This document shows positions 58,564 to 64,000 of a stretch of DNA of 64,000 nt, in pieces (the first letter of the stretch is position 1; each line of letters starts with the position of its first letter). The stretch is from Candidatus Kerfeldbacteria bacterium RIFCSPLOWO2_02_FULL_42_19 (GTDB taxonomy: Bacteria; Patescibacteriota; Patescibacteriia; HO2-48-17). Location: positions 17,148 through 81,147 of the forward strand of contig MHKF01000006.1 in the NCBI GenBank assembly GCA_001818315.1, in the 5' to 3' direction. Made by a program: the position numbers and the translations under genes. The notes under the pieces are model-generated. The model was not told where the DNA came from. It made no database searches and was given only the letters and a program-made list of their open reading frames with translations.

Positions 58564-58653
58564 TTATTTTGGTGTGTTTTGATTTCGGATGGCAATCATA
58601 ATGATACCGGAGAGAAATTCTTGAATAGAGAAGTTTGTTTTTAAATCAGTACA

Positions 58654-60135
58654 ATGCAAAAAAGTATTTTTTTATGCACACATTGCGAGGCTCAGTATCC
58701 AAAGTGGCAGGGGCAATGCAATGAATGCGGTCAATGGGGCACTATAACACAGGAGATGCACAATACCGCAGCGTCGGTGCAAACTTCAGTGAGGCCACAA
58801 AAACTTTTGCGATTAGAAGATAATGTCGAGGAAAAAAGAATCACAACTGATCTGAAGGAGTGTGATCGCGTATTGGGCGGCGGCATTATTCCAGGGTCAC
58901 TCATACTTTTAGGTGGCGATCCTGGCGTAGGGAAGTCTACACTGGCTTTGCAAATCGCTTTGAGTGTTGCTCGAGGCGGCGCAAGTGTTCTGTATGTTTC
59001 TGGCGAGGAATCAGCAAGTCAAATTGGATTACGACTCAAGCGTTTGGCGATAACTCACAAAAAAATACACCACGATCAGCGACAAGAAACGTACTTGCAT
59101 GCAACCCAAACTTTATCGGAAAGACAAGAATTATCAGCAAAAAAAGCATCATTTCAAAACTTGGGTTTTCTTGGCGAAACTTGCGTCGAATCTATTATCG
59201 AAACACTCAAGCATGAAAAGCCAACGCTTGTCATCGTAGATTCCGTGCAGACGCTCGTCGGCCTTTCTGTCGCTCAAGAAGCAGGCGGCATCACGCAAAT
59301 TAAAGCATGCACGACAAAGCTTTTGGAAGCGGCAAAAAAGTATAACGTCGCCATTATTCTGATCGGTCACGTTACAAAGGAAGGTTTCGTGGCAGGACCC
59401 AAGAGTCTGGAACATCTTGTGGATGTTGTATTGTATCTTGAGGGTGAAAACACTTTCGCGTACCGCTTGCTGCGATCAGTAAAAAATCGCTTCGGTGCTA
59501 CAAACGAAGTCGGTGTCTTCGATATGTCCGAACATGGTCTCGTGGAAGTTGCTAATCCATCGGAATTTTTTCTTAGCGAACATCATATTCACGCGCCCGG
59601 TTCCGTAATTACAGGGATATTGGAGGGGAGTCGAGCGTTTCTTGTCGAAGTCCAGGCACTTGTGACGAAGACAGTCTTCGGATATCCGCAACGCAAAGGT
59701 TCCGGATTTGATGTGAATCGCTTACAGTTGCTTCTTGCGGTGTTGCAGGAACGCGCACGGATCAATTTTCAAATGTATGACGTGCATGTAAATATTGTTG
59801 GAGGGCTCAAAATCAAAGACCCGAGCGCCGACCTCGCCGTATGTTTAGCAGTTGCATCTGCGTTACAAAAACAGCCGCTCGATCCAAAATTAGTAGCGCT
59901 TGGAGAAGTTGGACTCAGCGGCGAAATACGAAAAGTTGTCAAACTCGCTGAGCGCTTGAAAGAAGCAGAGCGTATGGAACTGACTACAGTAGTTATGCCG
60001 AAAATGAAACTCCGTGCACGAACAAGTCTGATAGTGCGCGAAGTTACGCATATCTCTGAAGCAATCGTACTTATTCAAGGTGAAAGTTTTCCTGCCAGGC
60101 AGAAAGTTTTTGTGCAAGTAAAGGATAGTGCGTAA
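58654..60135 (+). CDS. radA: DNA repair protein RadA/Sms
   Basis: N-terminal C4 zinc finger, GGDPGVGKSTL, KNRFG and a Lon-like C-terminal domain. Confidence 0.95.
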   Translation: MQKSIFLCTHCEAQYPKWQGQCNECGQWGTITQEMHNTAASVQTSVRPQKLLRLEDNVEEKRITTDLKECDRVLGGGIIPGSLILLGGDPGVGKSTLALQIALSVARGGASVLYVSGEESASQIGLRLKRLAITHKKIHHDQRQETYLHATQTLSERQELSAKKASFQNLGFLGETCVESIIETLKHEKPTLVIVDSVQTLVGLSVAQEAGGITQIKACTTKLLEAAKKYNVAIILIGHVTKEGFVAGPKSLEHLVDVVLYLEGENTFAYRLLRSVKNRFGATNEVGVFDMSEHGLVEVANPSEFFLSEHHIHAPGSVITGILEGSRAFLVEVQALVTKTVFGYPQRKGSGFDVNRLQLLLAVLQERARINFQMYDVHVNIVGGLKIKDPSADLAVCLAVASALQKQPLDPKLVALGEVGLSGEIRKVVKLAERLKEAERMELTTVVMPKMKLRARTSLIVREVTHISEAIVLIQGESFPARQKVFVQVKDSA

Positions 60136-62107
60136 GCGTTGCATCTTCTACAAGAATATCTCGCGCTGCCGCACGAGCCGTTTCAATGAGCGGTAAATCA
60201 GATAGCGTTGCGATTTTGAGTTCCGGCACAAATCCGGATTGTTGTGTTCCATACATGGTTCCTGATCCGCGGAGTTTAAGATCTGCTTCTGCAAGCGCAA
60301 ATCCATCATGTGAACGAACAAGCATTTGGAGTCGTACAGGAACGCGTTGTGCGTCAGTAACGAGAAAGCAGTATGAAGCAGCGTCGCCGCGTCCGACGCG
60401 GCCGCGAAGTTGATGGAGTTGCGCAAGACCAAAACGTTCCGCGCCTTCAATAACAATGACGGCAGCATTCGGAATATCGATGCCGACTTCAACAACCGAC
60501 GTCGCAACCAAAATGTGGATTTCATTCCGACGAAAATGCTTCATCACTGCGTCCTTCTCTTTCGGTTTTAACTTGCCGTGCAGGAGTCCAACACAGTACG
60601 TTGGAAATATGTGTTTTTGCACACGTTCGTATTCTGTGCACGCAGCCGTCACGCCGAGTGCGTCGTTTTCTTCTATGATTGGGCAAATAATGAAAGCTTG
60701 TTTACCGGCAGCAAGTTCTTCACGAATTTTAGTGTACATTGTTTCACGCTTCGAAGCGCTCACAATTTGAGTAGTCACGAGCGACCTACCGACAGGTTTC
60801 GAGTGAATCTGCGAAACTGCAAGATCTCCGTACAGTGTAAGCATCAGAGAACGGGGGATCGGCGTCGCCGTCATAGAAAGAAGATGCGGCAACAATTGCG
60901 AGCCGTTTTTTGTATTATTTTTATAATGCAGCATACGCCTTTGTCCAACGCCAAAACGATGTTGTTCATCAATAATTACAAGGCCAAGATGATCGAGCTG
61001 TGCTTGTGTAGCAATCAATGCGTGCGTGCCGATAATAATTTGTGCAGACGCTGTCTCATGTTTTTCTGAACCGGTTAAAAGCGCGATGCGAACATCCTGA
61101 GGAAGAAGCGCTTGGAATGTTGCAAACGTTTGTCGTGCCAAAATTTCCGTGGGGCTCATTACCGCAACGCGCGCGCTTGAAAGTATACAGTTATACGCAG
61201 CAATCGCAGAAACGACCGTTTTACCGGATCCGACATCACCCTGTAGCAGACGATGCATTGGCGTTGTTTTTTGCATGTCTTGTAAAATGTGCCATGCTGC
61301 TTTTTTTTGATCATCCGTCAAGCGGAAGGGGAGTACAGCAACGAAGCGCTGAATCGCTTCCTTGTGAAAATGCAGCGGCTGGGCGGGATTGCGAGTAAGA
61401 AACTGTTGATATTGAAGGACGCCGAGTTGAATCGTAAAAATTTCGTCGAATTGCAGACGTAGGCGAGCCTGTGACAGTTTTGGAAACGTTGGTGGAAAGT
61501 GAATCCACTGCAGTGCTTGTGAGAGAGGAATAAGTTTATTTCGGAAGCGGATGGATTGCGGTAGCCATTCCGGAAGAAAACGCAGAAGCGGAAGAATGTG
61601 ACGCACGAGCGTTCGTATTTGTTTTTGCGTGAGTCCTTCGGTGAGCGAATAAAAAGGTACAATACGCCCTGTATGCGTCAGACCTTGCCTGCTGTCTACC
61701 TTTTCATATTGCGGCGACTGCATGAATACACCAAATTTGTTCTGAATGACTTTGCCGGAAAGTGAAATTTTTTCACCAACTTTGAGATTTTTTGTAAGAA
61801 AAGGTTGATTGTACCAAACAGCACGTAGTAAGTCTTCATTGCTGCGTACAAGCGCTTCGGTGACAGCAACTCTTTTACGAGAACTGTTTTTATTTCCGAT
61901 ACTTTCGATCGTGCCGCGCACCGTGACCGGCGTATTGAGTGGCAGCGCTGTCATGTTTGGCATCGTACGAAAATCCTCGTAACGCAAAGGAAAATACATA
62001 AGCAGATCCGCTTGTGTCACGAGACCAAGTTTTTTTAAAAGCGATTCTGTGTGAGCGCCAACGCGCGAAATATTCGAAAGAGGGCGAAGAAAAATCGGTG
62101 GAAACAT
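60071..62107 (-). CDS. recG: ATP-dependent DNA helicase RecG
   Basis: Wedge OB domain, QGDVGSGKT, DEQHRFG, MTATPIPR, QLRGRVGR and the TRG motif. Confidence 0.95.
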   Translation of the reverse strand: MFPPIFLRPLSNISRVGAHTESLLKKLGLVTQADLLMYFPLRYEDFRTMPNMTALPLNTPVTVRGTIESIGNKNSSRKRVAVTEALVRSNEDLLRAVWYNQPFLTKNLKVGEKISLSGKVIQNKFGVFMQSPQYEKVDSRQGLTHTGRIVPFYSLTEGLTQKQIRTLVRHILPLLRFLPEWLPQSIRFRNKLIPLSQALQWIHFPPTFPKLSQARLRLQFDEIFTIQLGVLQYQQFLTRNPAQPLHFHKEAIQRFVAVLPFRLTDDQKKAAWHILQDMQKTTPMHRLLQGDVGSGKTVVSAIAAYNCILSSARVAVMSPTEILARQTFATFQALLPQDVRIALLTGSEKHETASAQIIIGTHALIATQAQLDHLGLVIIDEQHRFGVGQRRMLHYKNNTKNGSQLLPHLLSMTATPIPRSLMLTLYGDLAVSQIHSKPVGRSLVTTQIVSASKRETMYTKIREELAAGKQAFIICPIIEENDALGVTAACTEYERVQKHIFPTYCVGLLHGKLKPKEKDAVMKHFRRNEIHILVATSVVEVGIDIPNAAVIVIEGAERFGLAQLHQLRGRVGRGDAASYCFLVTDAQRVPVRLQMLVRSHDGFALAEADLKLRGSGTMYGTQQSGFVPELKIATLSDLPLIETARAAARDILVEDATLTHYPLLAQKLSAWQENFHLE

Positions 62108-62109
62108 AC

Positions 62110-62295
62110 GGCGTCCTTTGTTTGAAAATGCGCGAACCTTTTTTTTGAACAGAACTGACGGCGCGCTTCGCGCGCCAAACTGAACGCTCGGGCGGGGCGG
62201 GCAGAAAAAGGGGTGTGGGGAAAATGAATGCCCGCCCCGCCCTCGCTTTCGCCGCCGCCGAATTTCGTGCCAACGAAGTTGGCGCGCCGCAAGAA
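62110..62295. repeat. GC-rich multi-hairpin element at the left boundary of a decayed island
   Basis: Hairpins at 62160-62176, 62190-62242 (14-bp perfect IR gggcggggcgggca) and 62266-62286; visibly more GC-rich than the flanks. Confidence 0.65.
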
Positions 62296-62297
62296 CA

Positions 62298-63434
62298 TTA
62301 TATCAAACCTTTGCCGGTATTGACTATCAAAATTTTCTTCCCTTTCTTAACTAATCCCTTTTCAAAACGATCAATATACAAACCAAGTCCTGCGGCACCG
62401 GACGGTTCTGCTTCAATTCCCTGCGAAGTCAAAAGCTGATGGGCTTGTCGAATTTGTTCTTCAGTTATTTTATTTTTGCCAGTTTCAGAACCAGTGAATG
62501 AAAGATTTACAACTGCACTGATGTCCTCGTCTTTGAAAAGTAAAAATGGTTTGAACGGGGCGGCTAATTTATCAGCATCGCTCGGATATTCTGCTGGTTC
62601 TGCACCGAAAACATTCATTGCAATAACTTTAGAAACTGGAACTTTTAATCGTGGGTCACGTCTTCCTTCTGACTCATTACGCATAGAACGAGCTTGCCAC
62701 ACAAGATAATTCTCCATTAGCCGCCCCGAACCATAAGGAACATAAATCTCGTCGGGCTTTTCATTGAAAGATTCGTGCACGTGCCAATCATAAAATACAG
62801 ACGATGGTTCAATCGCGCGAATAGAAGTTATATCTATTCCTTCGGGGTTATTTGAAATGTGTTTAATATCTTCCGGTTTAAGCTGGCGCGATAAGTCAGT
62901 TGTATACACATCGGCACGAAGCTTTAGAAGCTCGTTTAGAATTGTCGCGCGAGTGTCCTTGCCGGCAATCAATTTTGGTGGTGGTAAATCATATTGTTTG
63001 AAACATTCTGCAATCGCCTTGCCTTCATTACCAGCAGTAATAAGTGAAAGACGAGGCGTTACAAGTCGCTCTAATTCCTTTTTATCTAATGTTCCAGTTC
63101 TGATTTTAAGATACAAAGCCCTTGCGTAATCTCGATAAAGCGTTGCAAGCTCCCACGCGGCCCTATCCTTAATTGTTCCCGTTGGGTTACTTTCTCGGTC
63201 AGCCTCATTTTTTACAAAAATCTCTCCTAGGCCATCTTTTATTAAATCCAATGGAATTACTGGAGTTGATTTCCATTCTGGCGCGCGTGGGTCGGTCTCG
63301 GCGAAAGTAGGAATTCCATCACCCCACTTTTCTACTATTTCATAACTAACAAATCGTGGATATTCTACTTCCTTTTTAACCTCTCTTTCTAATTCGGTTT
63401 GTTCTGGCGGCCTTGGGCCTTTTTCACTAAACAT
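62298..63434 (-). CDS. PLP-dependent fold-type II enzyme (threonine synthase/Cys synthase-like)
   Basis: SNPTGTIKDRA (Schiff-base Lys), TAGNEG, VPYGSG, AEPSGAAG and IVNTGKG. Confidence 0.8.
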   Translation of the reverse strand: MFSEKGPRPPEQTELEREVKKEVEYPRFVSYEIVEKWGDGIPTFAETDPRAPEWKSTPVIPLDLIKDGLGEIFVKNEADRESNPTGTIKDRAAWELATLYRDYARALYLKIRTGTLDKKELERLVTPRLSLITAGNEGKAIAECFKQYDLPPPKLIAGKDTRATILNELLKLRADVYTTDLSRQLKPEDIKHISNNPEGIDITSIRAIEPSSVFYDWHVHESFNEKPDEIYVPYGSGRLMENYLVWQARSMRNESEGRRDPRLKVPVSKVIAMNVFGAEPAEYPSDADKLAAPFKPFLLFKDEDISAVVNLSFTGSETGKNKITEEQIRQAHQLLTSQGIEAEPSGAAGLGLYIDRFEKGLVKKGKKILIVNTGKGLI

Positions 63435-63447
63435 ATGATTGGTTAAA

Positions 63448-63495
63448 TTATTTTAACAATTCGTCAGCCGACACATCAAGCGCGCGCGCCAGTTT
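63448..63495 (-). pseudogene. C-terminal remnant of an XRE/Cro-type HTH protein
   Basis: Translates as KLARALDVSADELLK*, a typical HTH_3 terminal helix, fused directly to the tRNA-like CCA end with no start codon. Confidence 0.55.
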
Positions 63496-63653
63496 GGTGC
63501 CCCCGACAGGATTCGAACCTGCGACCTTCCCGACATCAGCGTCCTCCACAGGGATCGAACCTGTAACCTCAGGCTCCGCAAGCCTGCGCTCTATCCAATT
63601 GAGCTAGGAGGACGCACATGTCGAGACGCTCTATCCAATTGAGCTACGGAGAG
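63495..63653 (-). other. Outer tRNA-Arg-like gene whose anticodon loop is occupied by a complete tRNA
   Basis: 5' half CTCTCCG-TA-GCTCAATTGGATAGAGC-G-TCTCGACAT and 3' half ATGTCGGGA-AGGTC-GCAGG-TTCGAAT-CCTGT-CGGGGGC-ACCA. Confidence 0.7.
63540..63613 (-). tRNA. tRNA-Arg(GCG), CCA not encoded
   Basis: GTCCTCC/GGAGGAC acceptor stem, CAGGC-TTGCGGA-GCCTG anticodon arm, ACAGG-TTCGATC-CCTGT T arm. Confidence 0.93.
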
Positions 63654-63702
63654 ACAAATAAAACATGCCTTACTATCAGAATTTCATACTTTTATGCTAC
63701 TG

Positions 63703-63730
63703 ATTGTACTAAAAATGAGCGAAAACGCAA
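63703..63730 (-). promoter_or_regulatory. Putative promoter upstream of the nested tRNA
   Basis: TTGCGT-16 bp-TACAAT on the minus strand. Confidence 0.45.
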
Positions 63731-63734
63731 GGGT

Positions 63735-64000
63735 TTATTCAACTTTTGAGTACACGATATAATTGTTAATAGTGTTCAAGCGGTCACTGGGTGCAGAACC
63801 AACAGTCGATGGATACGGCAATGTATTCCTGAAGCCGTGACCAAATTTGAGTGTGAAACGATCAAATTGATAGATATCATAGAGTGTTTGGCCAGAATCA
63901 GTATCGGCGAGATCAATTTGTCCTGGCTCCGGGACAGTGTAGGTATAGTTGTCTGTGAGCGTATCATCGGGTCCAGAACACGTTGTTTTATAAAATGTTT
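63735..64000 (-). CDS. C-terminal part of a hypothetical protein starting outside the window
   Basis: Open frame ...TFYKTTCSGPDDTLTDNYTYTVPEPGQ...NNYIVYSKVE* ending at TAA 63735. Confidence 0.6.
   Translation of the reverse strand, partial: TFYKTTCSGPDDTLTDNYTYTVPEPGQIDLADTDSGQTLYDIYQFDRFTLKFGHGFRNTLPYPSTVGSAPSDRLNTINNYIVYSKVE

Larger units (their letters stand above)
62110..63495. mobile_element. Decayed tRNA-associated integrative island remnant
   Basis: Abuts a tRNA-like 3' end (ACCA). Contains a truncated HTH tail, one cargo gene and a GC-rich terminal hairpin element; no integrase remains. Confidence 0.5.

Noticed and set aside
61890-62439. ORFs spanning the GC-rich hairpin block
   Set aside because: They arise from stop-poor GC-rich palindromic sequence and overlap recG or the PLP gene.
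63776-63967. 63-aa ORF in the track
   Set aside because: A different minus-strand frame is open from the window edge to 63735 and is more protein-like.
1-64000. CRISPR array or cas genes
   Set aside because: No regularly spaced direct repeats with unique spacers and no Cas-like ORFs were seen.
1-64000. Alternative genetic code (UGA read-through as in code 25)
   Set aside because: Conserved genes are full length under code 11, and many end at TGA with tight ATGA overlaps.

Overview
This is a gene-dense chromosomal window read in the standard bacterial code, most consistent with a Patescibacteria/CPR (Parcubacteria-like) genome. That assignment is inferred from gene content: CPR-type pilin, split VirB4 plus PrgI, RNHCP protein and stand-alone receiver proteins. 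From left to right it holds: a surface-glycan block (two O-antigen-ligase-like genes, GT4, Wzx flippase); a DHH phosphoesterase; three histidine kinases and four receiver-only regulators; tRNA-Arg(TCT) and tRNA-His(GTG) followed by a CCA-adding enzyme; a Xer-type recombinase; rpsO-NYN-pnp-gmk; a DnaA-box cluster with a structured intergenic region; dksA-like-lspA-RNHCP-rsmI; comM/yifB; a LysM-M23 peptidase; and leuS-tsaC-rsmA. A ~24.6 kb type IV secretion-like locus follows, with a 3583-aa cysteine-rich giant protein, VirB6-like, PrgI, VirB4, DsbA and pilin. After it come radA, recG and a decayed tRNA-linked island carrying a PLP enzyme. The most unusual signals are non-coding. (1) An intact tRNA-Arg(GCG) sits inside the anticodon loop of a second tRNA-like gene. 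(2) Two families of long intergenic palindromes have conserved loops and co-varying stems, and one family brackets the Xer gene and its neighbour. (3) A phased DnaA-box cluster lies away from any dnaA gene in the window. All calls come from reading the sequence by eye; no database searches were run.
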